This document shows positions 30,001-41,447 of a stretch of DNA of 64,000 nucleotides, one piece after another (position 1 is the stretch's first letter; each line of letters opens with the position of its first letter). A program made the position numbers and the translations under genes. The DNA is from Eledone cirrhosa (lineage: Eukaryota), in the NCBI GenBank assembly GCA_964016885.1, contig OZ024741.1, positions 21,328,001 to 21,392,000 of the forward strand, given 5' to 3'. The notes below the pieces were generated by a model, which did no database searches, was not told where the DNA came from, and saw nothing but the letters and a program-made list of their open reading frames with translations.

Positions 30001-33000
30001 TTGGTTGGTCATGGGAGCCAGTCAGAATGTGAGAAGTTGAGATGGAAGGAACTTTGGTTGGTCATGGGAGCCAGTCAGAATGTGAGAATATGAGATAGAA
30101 GGAACTTTGGTTGGTCATGGGAGCTAATCAGAATGTGAGAAGTTGAGATGGAAGGAACTTTGGTTGGTCATGGGAGCTAATCAGAATGTGAGAAGTTGAG
30201 ATGGAAGGAACTTTGGTTGGTCATGGGAGCTAGTCAGAATCTGAGAAGATGAGATGGAAGGAACTTTGGTTGGTCATGGGAGCTAATCAGAATGTGAGAA
30301 GATGAGATGGAAGGAACTTTGGTTGGTCATGGGAGCTAGTCAGAATGTGAGAAGTTGAGATGGAAGGAACTTTGGTTGGTCATGGGAGCCAGTCAGAATG
30401 TGAGAAGTTCAGATGGAAGGAACTTTGGTTGGTCACGGGAGCTAATCAGAATGTGAGAAGATGAGATGGAAGGAACTTTGGTTGGTCATGGGAGCCAGTC
30501 AGAATGTGAGAAGTTGAGATGGAAGGAACTTTTGTTGGTCATGGGAGCCAGTCAGAATGTGAGAAGTTGAGATGGAAGGAAATTGTGTTGGTCATGGGAG
30601 CCAGTCAGAAGGTGAGAAGATGAGATGGAAGGAACTTTTGTTGGTCATGGGAGCCAGTCAGAATGTGAGAAGATGAGATGGAAGGAACTTTGGTTGGTCA
30701 TGGGAGCCAGTCAGAATGTGAGAAGATGAGATGGAAGGAACTTTGGTTGCTCATGGGAGCCAGTCAGAATGTGAGAAGTTGAGATGGAAGGAACTTTTGT
30801 TGGTCATGGGAGCCAGTCAGAATGTGAGAAGTTGAGATGGAAGGAACTTTTGTTGGTCATGGGAGCCAGTCAGAATGTGAGAAGTTGAGATGGAAGGAAC
30901 TTTTGTTGGTCATGGGAGCCAGTCAGAATGTGAGAAGTTGAGATGGAAGGAACTTGTGTTGGTCATGGGAGCCAGTCAGAATATGAGAAGATGAGATGGA
31001 AGGAACTTTGGTTGGTCATGGGAGCCAGTCAGAATGTGAGAAGATGAGATGGAAGGAACTTTGGTTGGTCATGGGAGCTAGTCAGAATGTGAGAAGATGA
31101 GATGGAAGGAACTTTGGTTGGTCATGGGAGCTAATCAGAATGTGAGATGATGAGATGGAAGGAACTTTGGTTGGTCATGGGAGCCAGTCAGAATCTGAGA
31201 AGATGAGATGGAAGGAACTTTGATTGGTCATGGGAGCCAGTCAGAATGTGAGAAGATGAGATGGAAGGAACTTTGGTTGGTCATGGGAGCCAGTCAGAAT
31301 GTGAGAAGTTGAGATGGAAGGAACTTTGGTTGGTCATGGGAGCCAGTCAGAATGTGGGGAGATGAGATGGAAGGAACTTTGGTTGGTCATGGGAGCTAAT
31401 CAGAATGTGAGAAGATGAAATGGAAGGAACTTTGGTTGGTCATGGGAGCCAGTCAGAATATGAGAAGTTGAGATGGAAGGAACTTTGGTTGGTCATGGGA
31501 GCCAGTCAGAATTTGAGAAGTTGAGATGGAAGGAACTTTGGTTGGTCATGGGAGCCAGTCAGAATGTGAGAAGATGAGATGGAAGGAACTTTGGTTGGTC
31601 ATGGGAGCTAATCAGAATGTGAGAAGTTGAGATGGAAGGAACTTTGGTTGGTCATGGGAGCTAATCAGAACGTGAGAAGTTGAGATGGAAGGAACTTTGG
31701 TTGGTCATGGGAGCTAGTCAGAATCTGAGAAGATGAGATGGAAGGAACTTTGGTTGGTCATGCAAGCTAATCAGAATGTGAGAAGTTGAGATGGAAGGAA
31801 CTTTGGTTGGTCATGGGAGCCAGTCAGAATGTGAGAAGATGAGATGGAAGGAACTTTGGTTGGTCATGGGAGCCAGTCAGAATGTGAGAAGTTGAGATGG
31901 AAGGAACTTTGGTTGGTCATGGGAGCCAGTCAGAATGTGAGAAGTTGAGATGGAAGGAACTTTTGTTGGTCATGGGAGCCAGTCAGAATGTGAGAAGATG
32001 AGATGGAAGGAACTTTTGTTGGTCATGGGAGCCAGTCAGAATGTGAGAAGTTGAGATGGAAGGAACTTGTGTTGGTCATGGGAGCCAGTCAGAAGGTGAG
32101 AAGATGAGATGGAAGGAACTTTTGTTGGTCATGGGAGCCAGTCAGAATGTGAGAAGATGAGATGGAAGGAACTTTGCTTGGTCATGGGAGCCAGTCATAA
32201 TGTGAGAAGATGAGATGGAAGGAACTTTGGTTGGTCATGGGAGCCAGTCAGAATGTGAGAAGTTGAGATGGAAGGAACTTTTGTTGGTCATGGGAGCCAG
32301 TCAGAATGTGAGAAGTTGAGATGGAAGGAACTTTTGTTGGTCATGGGAGCCAGTCAGAATGTGAGAAGTTGAGATGGAAGGAACTTGTGTTGGTCATGGG
32401 AGCCAGTCAGAATGTGAGAAGATGAGATGGAAGGAACTTTTGTTGGTCATGGGAGCCAGTCAGAATGTGAGAAGATGCGATGGAAGGAACTTTGGTTGGT
32501 CATGGGAGCTAGTCAGAATCTGAGAAGATGAGATGGAATGAACTTTGGTTGGTCATGGGAGCTAATCAGAATGTGAGAAGATGAGATGGAAGGAACTTTG
32601 GTTGGTCATGGGAGCCAGTCAGAATCTGAGAAGATGAGATGGAAGGAACTTTGATTGGTCATGGGAGCCAGTCAGAATGTGAGAAGATGAGATTGAAGGA
32701 ACTTTGGTTGGTCATGGGAGCCAGTCAGAATGTGAGAAGTTGAGATGGAAGGAACTTTGGTTGGTCATGGGAGCCAGTCAGAATGTGAGAATATGAGATA
32801 GAAGGAACTTTGGTTGGTCATGGGAGCTAATCAGAATGTGAGAAGTTGAGATGGAAGGAACTTTGGTTGGTCATGGGAGCTAATCAGAATGTGAGAAGTT
32901 GAGATGGAAGGAACTTTGGTTGGTCATGGGAGCTAGTCAGAATCTGAGAAGATGAGATGGAAGGAACTTTGGTTGGTCATGGGAGCTAATCAGAATGTGA

Positions 33001-35225
33001 GAAGATGAGATGGAAGGAACTTTGGTTGGTCATGGGAGCTAGTCAGAATGTGAGAAGTTGAGATGGAAGGAACTTTGGTTGGTCATGGGAGCCAGTCAGA
33101 ATGTGAGAAGTTCAGATGGAAGGAACTTTGGTTGGTCACGGGAGCTAATCAGAATGTGAGAAGATGAGATGGAAGGAACTTTGGTTGGTCATGGGAGCCA
33201 GTCAGAATGTGAGAAGTTGAGATGGAAGGAACTTTTGTTGGTCATGGGAGCCAGTCAGAATGTGAGAAGTTGAGATGGAAGGAAATTGTGTTGGTCATGG
33301 GAGCCAGTCAGAAGGTGAGAAGATGAGATGGAAGGAACTTTTGTTGGTCATGGGAGCCAGTCAGAATGTGAGAAGATGAGATGGAAGGAACTTTGGTTGG
33401 TCATGGGAGCCAGTCAGAATGTGAGAAGATGAGATGGAAGGAACTTTGGTTGCTCATGGGAGCCAGTCAGAATGTGAGAAGTTGAGATGGAAGGAACTTT
33501 TGTTGGTCATGGGAGCCAGTCAGAATGTGAGAAGTTGAGATGGAAGGAACTTTTGTTGGTCATGGGAGCCAGTCAGAATGTGAGAAGTTGAGATGGAAGG
33601 AACTTTTGTTGGTCATGGGAGCCAGTCAGAATGTGAGAAGTTGAGATTGAAGGAACTTGTGTTGGTCATGGGAGCCAGTCAGAATATGAGAAGATGAGAT
33701 GGAAGGAACTTTGGTTGGTCATGGGAGCCAGTCAGAATGTGAGAAGATGAGATGGAAGGAACTTTGGTTGGTCATGGGAGCCAGTCAGAATGTGAGAAGT
33801 TGAGATGGAAGGAACTTTGGTTGGTCATGGGAGCCAGTCAGAATGTGGGAAGATGAGATGGAAGGAACTTTGGTTGGTCATGGGAGCTAATCAGAATGTG
33901 AGAAGATGAAATGGAAGGAACTTTGGTTGGTCATGGGAGCCAGTCAGAATATGAGAAGTTGAGATGGAAGGAACTTTGGTTGGTCATGGGAGCCAGTCAG
34001 AATGTGAGAAGTTGAGATGGAAGGAACTTTGGTTGGTCATGGGAGCCAGTCAGAATGTGAGAAGATGAGATGGAAGGAACTTTGGTTGGTCATGGGAGCT
34101 AATCAGAATGTGAGAAGTTGAGATGGAAGGAACTTTGGTTGGTCATGGGAGCTAATCAGAACGTGAGAAGTTGAGATGGAAGGAACTTTGGTTGGTCATG
34201 GGAGCTAGTCAGAATGTGAGAAGATGAGATGGAAGGAACTTTGGTTGGTCATGGGAGCTAGTCAGAATGTGAGAAGTTGAGATGGAAGGAACTTTGGTTG
34301 GTCATGGGAGCCAGTCAGAATGTGAGAAGTTCAGATGTAAGGAACTTTGGTTGGTCACGGGAGCTAATCAGAATGTGAGAAGATGAGATGGAAGGAATTT
34401 TGGTTGGTCATGGGAGCAAGTCAGAATGTGAGAAGTTGAGATGGAAGGAACTTTTGTTGGTCATGGGAGCTAATGAGAATGTGAGAAGATGAGATGGAAG
34501 GAACTTTGGTTGGTCATGGGAGCTAGTCCGAATGTGAGAAGTTGAGATGGAAGGAACTTTGGTTGGTCATGGGAGCCAGTCAGAATGTGAGAAGTTCAGA
34601 TGGAAGGAACTTTGGTTGGTCACGGGAGCTAATCAGAATGTGAGAAGATGAGATGGAAGGAACTTTTGTTGGTCATGGGAGCTAGTCAGAATGTGAGAAG
34701 TTGAGATGGAAGGAACTTTGGTTGGTCATGGGAGCCAGTCAGAATCTGAGAAGATGAGATGGAAGGAACTTTGGTTGGTCATGGGAGCTAATCAGAATGT
34801 GAGAAGATGAGATGGAAGGAACTTTGGTTAGTCATGGGAGCCAGTCAGAATCTGAGAAGATGAGATGGAAGGAACTTTGGTTGGTCATGGGAGCCAGTCA
34901 GAATGTGAGAAGATGAGATGGAAGGAACTTTGATTGGTCATGGGAGCCAGTCAGAATGTGGGACGATGAGATGGAAGGAACTTTGGTTGGTCATGGGAGC
35001 CAGTCAGAATGTGAGAAGTTGAGATGGACAGAACTTTGATTGGTCATCGGAGCTAGTCAGAATCTGAGAAGATGAGATGGAAGGAACTTTGGTTGGTCAT
35101 GGGAGCTAATCAGAATGTGAGAAGATGAAATGGAAGGAACTTTGGTTGGTCATGGGAGCTAGTCAGAATGTGAGAAGATGAGATGGAAAGAACTTTGGTT
35201 GGTCATGGGAGCTAGTCAGTATGTG
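1..35225 (+). repeat. 53-bp tandem satellite array, ~665 monomers, continues past the left edge
   Basis: Consensus AAGGAACTTTGGTTGGTCATGGGAGCCAGTCAGAATGTGAGAAGATGAGATGG recurs every 53 bp (positions 1, 54, ...). Variation is mostly at a few recurrent sites (TTTGG/TTTTG/TTGTG; GCCAGT/GCTAAT/GCTAGT; AAGATG/AAGTTG). The array ends at ...GCTAGTCAGTATGTG|TTTTCTGG. Confidence 0.99.
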
Positions 35226-36223
35226 TTTTCTGGTTCACTCTGCCTACGACATGCTGGAAAGTTGTTGGAGACTGGTCTGTGTAATAAGCACATATGAAAG
35301 CCACTAGGTCTGAAGCACTAATATATATGGTGGTATAACCAAGTGTGTAAACTACTGGAAGAGAAGGTAAACAAAATTAACAATGGCACAAGACCTAAAG
35401 TGGTGGAGAAGAGAAGGATAAAGTTTTAAAAGCAAAGTGAGTACTGCAAGCTAGCCCCTGTAAGAATGATCCAAAATGGGAGAGAACCTTGAAGGACTCA
35501 GTTGATCTGGATAGTAAATATTATTTCACTCTTTTTACTGCCAAAAGATCCAATATCATGTTATGGTGCAAGGAAAGGAAGATGGTAATGATGGTGGAGC
35601 TGACTGTTTGTATATTGTATGGTCCTGTAACTCCTGATAGTGTGATAGGGGAGCCGTATTGATATACGGCATTTCTTGGGCATTTCAATCCTGGCAGAAG
35701 CCATCCCTCTCCAGGCCTGAGTACAGCAGGTTTTCTTCCAGAGAGAGGAAGAATTGACCCCAGTATTAGACTGGTACTTTTTTTATCAACCCTGAAAGAA
35801 TGAAAGGTTAAGTTACCTTGGTGGGATTTGAACTCAGAGAGCAGAGAGCCGGAATGAAATCCATAAAGCATTCTATCCGATATGCTAACGACTCTGCCAA
35901 TTCGTTGCCTGTCGGGAAAGTAAATATTAACGATGCATTTCACAGGAAAGACCTAAAATGTAGTGAACTGGTTGAACTCTGCATAAAGAATGGCTGGGAT
36001 GCAACACGCAATCATGTAGAGATAGATGTCAGAGGATTTGTTGAAACCAGAGTTGTCCCACTGTACAGGAACCTTTGGCTAGCTGAAAATGAAAGGTAGC
36101 ACCTTTTGATGAAATTATCAGAGGCTGCTGAGAAAGTGAACCACTACATTTGGCTCAAGAGAGAACATGAATGGTGCATCTACTACAGTGTGGATTGTCA
36201 ATCAAATAAGATCAAGCATTGAA
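35226..36223 (+). mobile_element. Decayed 3' part of a HERO/NeSL-type (RLE-bearing) non-LTR retrotransposon ORF
   Basis: Manual translation across stops and frameshifts gives, in order: CFLVHSAYDML, YIWWYNQVCKLL (~35322), IKF*KQSE (~35418), VDLDSKYYF, TAKRSNIMLWCKERKMVMMVELTV (35537-35608), then NINDAFHRKDLKCSELVELCIKNGW..HVEIDVRGFV..LSEAAEKVNHYIWLKREHEW. These match the recalled HERO motifs SFLxxSxYDxLP, RYxWRHxQVL, IxFxKxGE, TxLRPDIVLWS..ELTVPWEE, RKxxKY..GW..EVGxRGF, EAAExAS.W.WLxR. Confidence 0.8.
35609..35910 (-). mobile_element. tRNA-derived SINE inserted into the HERO-like endonuclease region
   Basis: Minus strand reads AGGCAACGAATTGGCAGAGTCGTTAGC (A-box-like), GAGTTCAAATCCC (B-box) and the CCTTTCATTCTTTCAGGGTTGATAAAA..GTACCAG body shared with the copies at 41123, 56558, 56970, 59640 and 63338. 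Confidence 0.85.
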
Positions 36224-36584
36224 GTTGACAGAGCAAACAGACTTAACTAATTCTAAGTTGTTATGCAGGAGTTTTGTTGCTTACATCAGTGAGCAGCCCC
36301 CAAGTAGCTCTGTTGTGCAGTAGAAGGGGCTGAAACACCTACAAAATAGCTTCACTGCCTGATGAGACATCAACTCCTGCAGACACAGAATACTGCAGCA
36401 CCCTCACCACATAAGGGTGTTTACTCCAAATAGTATGTATGTGTACCTGTATGTATATTTATGTGTAAGAAGAATATTATACTCACAAATTGAAGTTAAC
36501 AACAGCACAGGCATTGACAAGGAGGGTACTGAAAGAGAGGAGAAAACATTAACATTGAATCAATAAACTAGCAACTGAAATCAA

Positions 36585-37205
36585 AATCATCATTTTTACG
36601 TCCATTTCTCCATGCTTGCATGGGTTGGTCGAGTCCTCAGCACAGCATCTCTCCTTATGCCACAATCCTTTGTCCTCACCTCTATGAGTCACAGTGATTA
36701 GAAGGTCAGCTTTCACAACCTCTGCCCAGGTCTTTCTAGGTCTACCTCTACTGCAACTTCCTTCCACTAGCACTCAACAATCATTGTTCAAACCAGCGCA
36801 GTCTTCTCTCCTGCACACCACCTAGGATTCTTCTTAAATCCAACTTCTCCCTTAACTCACCCAAGCTCTGCCTATCTGTATCAAAATTAAAAAATTTGCA
36901 TTGATTCCTCACATTAGACTAAAGCTATATTCATTGCCCATGTTTCACTACCATGCAACATCGCACATCAGGATCATACAGTTGGCCTTTCATTTGTAAA
37001 AAACCTTTTGTCAATAAAGGTAGTAGCTCCCTGAACTTTTTCCATCCTGTTCTTATTGTAACTACTATACTCTCAGAGCAACTTCCTCCACTATAAATTA
37101 TATCAGCTAGGTAGCACAAGCTATCAACCACTTCTAAATGTCATTCCTGGGACTAGAAAAAGTTAATTTCACTGGTGCTCTTACAACCAACTATCCCTAT
37201 TATCA
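36585..37205 (-). mobile_element. RTE-clade LINE 3' fragment
   Basis: Remnants VDSLCYLADII..IRTGWKKFRELLPLL and RGRPRKTWAEVVKADL, followed by the ACCCATGCAAGCATGG..GACGTAAAAATGATG 3' tail. Confidence 0.85.
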
Positions 37206-37883
37206 CACTACACCTCTTGTGTATTTCATATAGTTTCTACCAATGTCTGTTCTAGATATCAAGCCAGGCCATTTCAGGATCTTGTTTTCTCTCTTACTAA
37301 CAAAAACTGGTTTTTCCCAAGTAGACAATTCATTGTTACACAATAACACAACTATACTACTCATTATGTACAATTGAACATTTTGTTCACACATGAATAA
37401 AATTAAACATAAAAGTCCCCAAAACAGTGTTAGTATGTTAGTGACAAGTAGACCGTTCCGTTGATTACACAACTGAAACATATGTCATCGATATCAATAA
37501 ACATTCATCTATTTTTAGATGCACAATGGTTGAATGATCACGAAGCTTGCTTGTCAACCATGAGGTCACACTTTCGGTCTCACTGCACAGTATCTTGGTC
37601 AAGTGTATTTTATCATAGCCTTGTTTCAACCCAAGATTTCTGAGTGAAGTTGGATATACAGAAATTGTTCTGGGCCCCTTGCAGTGAAGGAGTTACCAGT
37701 GATGACCGTAGCAATTTATTTGTGCCCTCAGCTGAGCTTTTTAGTTTTAGGATCTTTAGAATTTTTTAATTTAATACCTGTATGTACAACTTTTCAATTC
37801 TAATTACTTGCACCAAGCTAACTTTGATATGTAAAATTGGCGGGGAGGGGTTTCTGTGTTTTCTGATTTTTTTTTTAATATGA

Positions 37884-38190
37884 AGGTGCCCGACACCTCA
37901 AGTGCCCCGAGTCCCCCACACCTGAAGTGTCCCAGGTCCCCGACACCTCAAGTGCCCCGAGTCCCCCACACCTGAAGTGTCCCAGGTCCCCCACACCTCA
38001 AGTGCCTCGAGTCCCCCACACCTTAAGTGCCCCGAGTCCCCCACACCTCAAGTGTTCCGGGTCCCCCACACCTCAAGTGCCCTAGGTCCCCCACACCTCA
38101 AGTGCCCCAGGTCCCCCACACCTCAAGTGCCCCAAGTCCCCCACACCTAAAGTGCCCCAAGTCCCCCACACATCAAGTGCCCCGGGGCAC
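37884..38190. repeat. 25-bp C-rich minisatellite, ~12 copies
   Basis: Unit AGTGCCCCGAGTCCCCCACACCTCA with variants; the first units form a 50-bp dimer (37901 and 37951). Confidence 0.9.
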
Positions 38191-38342
38191 CCAAGGTCTA
38201 AATCCAACCTATACATGTAATCAGACCCACTGTAAATGTAATCCAACAAACAAGTCATGTCACATACAGTGTCATGCAGAATACCATTGAGAATTATGTT
38301 AAGGATACACATATGTGTGTGGAATACTCAGTCATGTCTAGT

Positions 38343-38870
38343 CTAGGGCGAGTAAAATTCCCGAGATCCATGGATGAGTTCTCTCCAGCGGTCTCTGTCC
38401 CTCATTATCGCTGCCATGTCCTGCATCTCCAACAGACCAGTGTCTGTCCTTAGGGCATCAACATATGTTAACCTTTGTCTTCCTCTTCCAGTGTGTCCAT
38501 GTAGGGGCTCCCACAGGAGCACTGAGTGCAATGTCAACTCTGGATGTCGGTGAGCATGTCCAGCTAACCTCAATCTCCTCTGTGTCATTTTTGAGCTGAC
38601 TTTTGGGAGGCTCCTATACAGCTCTGAGTTCTTCATCCTCAGTGTATACTGATTAATGTTCAGAGCCATCCTCAACATTCTCGTGTAGCACCCATCCACC
38701 ATCTGAGTGAGTTTCTTGGTCAGTGTCTAAGTCTCAGACCCGTACAGCAGCACAGACTACAGCAACGAAGAGGCGGATCTTCAGGTCTTTACAAAGGTCT
38801 GACTTCCACACCGATCTCAAGCTGTGGCACGCCGCCCAGGCTTTGCTCTTCCTCTCGACCACATCATCAG
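38343..38870 (-). mobile_element. RTE-X-like LINE 3' fragment
   Basis: ORF remnant DGCYTRMLRMALNI..LYRSLPKVS..QRRLRLAGHAHRHPE..LLWEP..GRGRQRLTYVDAL, preceded by an LLYGSET motif containing a stop. Confidence 0.8.
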
Positions 38871-39020
38871 CCATATACACGTTAATTTAACAAGTAGCTC
38901 ATTTCATCAACTGAACAATCGAAACACTCACTGCCATAACTTTTATAATCAGTAATTGGAAAAGAAAAACAATTCCAAATCTGAAGAAACTGTCCACGAC
39001 AGTACACACAAATATATATA

Positions 39021-40070
39021 TCATCATCATCATCATCATCACCGTTTTACGTCCATTCTTCCATGCTAGCATGGGTTAGACAGGTTGTCATGTTGTGGGT
39101 AGTGTCCAGTCAGCTGACCTTGTCTTGCTCATACGGGAACTGATTCTGGCTTGCTTTCTACAGCTGGATGCCCTTCCTAACACCAACCTCATTTACAGTG
39201 AGTCTGGGTGCCTTTTTTCCGTGGCATCTACACGTCCACTTTACAGTGTGGGCTGGGTGCTTTTTTTGCCGTGGCACCTCCACGACCACTTTGCAGTGGG
39301 AGGGGGGGGGGGCATATTGTCTATATGCTTCCGCTTCGGCTTGTACCCGTGGGAAGTCGGGTCTTCTGTATTACTGTGCGACGCCAGAGGTCACAGTCGT
39401 GTGTCATCGCCTTTGAGAGGTGCAATCGAGTAAGGCCGGCTTTTATCACCTCATGTCAGGTCTTCTTGAGTCTCCCCACTCCATGGCCTCCATTGATTTC
39501 TAGTGCTCTGCACCTTTTTTATGCAGCTATCATCCTTCATACGCATCACATGTCCATACCAACGCAACCTCCTCTCCTGCACACACCATTTGATTCCTCT
39601 TATGCTCAGTCTCTCTCTCAATTCGTTTACGCTTTGCCGTTCACGTATATTACTATTACACATCCATCGGAGCATGCAGGCTCCGTTTCTTTCTAATCTG
39701 CGCAAGTCCCAGGTCTCACTACCATGTAGCATTGCTGTTCGTATGCACGCATCATACAGTCTGCCTTTCATTTTGAGGGAAAAGACTTTTGCAGCTAGCA
39801 GTGTCAGTAGCTCCCTGAACTTTTTCCACCCCGTTCTTACCCTATTACTGTACTTTCTGAACACCCACCTCCACTGTTAATTCGGTCACCTAGGTAGCAA
39901 AAGCTGTCTACTGTTTCTACAGAGCCCTCCCAGAATTTGGTGGTGATTGTTTCCTGTGACTGTTTGCTGCTTGCTGTACCAGAGCAGCCGCTACATGTAA
40001 AGCCTACATTCTTAGCTAAGCTTCCTGAGATCCCACTACATCTCTAGTGTACCCATTGTTTGCATTTGGA
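39021..40070 (-). mobile_element. RTE-clade LINE 3' fragment with 3'UTR and (GAT)n tail
   Basis: ORF remnant RTGWKKFRELL..KGRLYDACIRTAMLHGSETW..RRLRWYGHVMRM. The 3'UTR ends in ACCCATGCTAGCATGG..GACGTAAAAC(GAT)n. Closely similar to the opposite-strand copy at 46866-47497. Confidence 0.9.
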
Positions 40071-40199
40071 TATATATATATAACCAGTTTTAAACTAGTT
40101 AGACCATTACTTAACAGAGTACTCGATATTTGGTATAGTAGAGTATAGCTATTTTATAAAGAGTCAGGGCCCGACGACTGAGCTCTTGCCGTTTCAACA

Positions 40200-40540
40200 A
40201 ATAGTTCCAGACTAGTTGCCGAACGGAATAAAATTCGGAAATACCTGGATTTATCCAATAATTATTTTTTCCAGCCTGTGGCGTTCGAGACGTTTGGTGG
40301 GGCTGGGCCGCTGACAGCGAAGTTCTTGTCATCGCTGGTGGATTGCTTTATTGAGGTGGCAGGCGATGCCCGTAAGTGTACTTGGTTGTTTCAGCGCCTT
40401 AGCCTCGCCATCACCCGTGGTAATGTTGCGAGCGTGTTTGCTTGTCTCAAAGTGTTCCGTTGATCCTTATGATGTGCAGCCGATTGCCGCATTTGGTGGT
40501 TCCAGGACAAAGACAATGGAAAAAACAACGGAAAGACTGA

Positions 40541-40542
<2 letters not shown>
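40200..40542 (+). mobile_element. CRE-clade-like non-LTR retrotransposon 3' end
   Basis: Translation AERNKIRKYLDLSNNYFF/QPVAFETFGGAGP..GDARKCTWLFQRLSLAITRGNVASV matches the recalled CRE C-terminal pattern AExxKxxKY..FxPxAxETxG..QRLSxAxQRGNAxS. It is followed directly by (TA)n. Confidence 0.75.
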
Positions 40543-40575
<33 letters not shown>

Positions 40576-40656
40576 AGCCGTAGGATAATTCGTGTTAAAA
40601 AAGGTGAGAAGAGGACACACAAAGCTTAAGTCTCTGCCTGTGTATCATCAGAGTCT

Positions 40657-40725
<69 letters not shown>

Positions 40726-41122
40726 ATAAAGTCAGCAAAAAGTGTCAACATAAAAATCTGTAAACAATAACAGAGAAATCTAAATCTCCGAGTAACATAG
40801 AAACTGTCACTAAATAGGTCATGACATTTGTTTGCATTTTGTTTCTCTCAGTCATAGAATATAGCAAATAAAATATAACAGAATAGAATACTGACCTAAA
40901 CAAGATGATATCAGAAATCATTTTGTAGTAGTTTTAAAATGTTCTACTAAAAGATGATAATCAAAGAAACCTAAACAGAAGACTTTTTCTGCCACATCAC
41001 ATTAAATTAGCTATTATTACCTCCCTTTACAGATTGGTTTGCTAAATTTCACCCTATAGCCTTATTTTCGTATTTTTATTTTTCACAGTTGTATACTTAA
41101 CATTATAAATTGTTTATAAATT

Positions 41123-41235
41123 GTTTCAAATCCCGCCGAGGTTAACTTTGCCTTTCATCCTTACGTGGTCGATAAAATAAAGTACCAGCAATGCACTGGG
41201 TAATTGCTGGCCTTGTGCCAAAAGTAGAAACAATT
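41123..41235 (+). mobile_element. 5'-truncated SINE
   Basis: TTCAAATCCCGCCGAGGTTAACTTTGCCTTTCATCC..GTCGATAAAATAAAGTACCAG..GGCCTTGTGCCAAAAGTAGAAAC, flanked by ATAAATTGTTT direct repeats. Confidence 0.8.
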
Positions 41236-41447
41236 ATAAATTGTTTATCATTTGATTTTTAGACAATGAAAATATAATACATATAATAAATATAATTATT
41301 TCTAGGAACCTCACAAATATAATCCACAATATATTTTTTTTGTCAGTTCAGCAAGTTTTTTAATTATTATTCACAGTTGTATAATTAACATTATAAATTG
41401 TTTATCATTCTTACAGAATGAAAATAGAAACACATGTAATAAAAACA

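Noticed and set aside
1-35225. CRISPR array or coding repeat interpretation of the 53-bp repeat
   Set aside because: Units are head-to-tail with no unique spacers, no cas genes are present, the context is eukaryotic, the period is not a multiple of 3, and the track shows no ORF there.
35521-35943. 140-aa minus-strand ORF, and the start of + ORF 35818..36099
   Set aside because: Both run through the SINE insertion; only the + frame after ~35911 is meaningful, as retrotransposon remnant.
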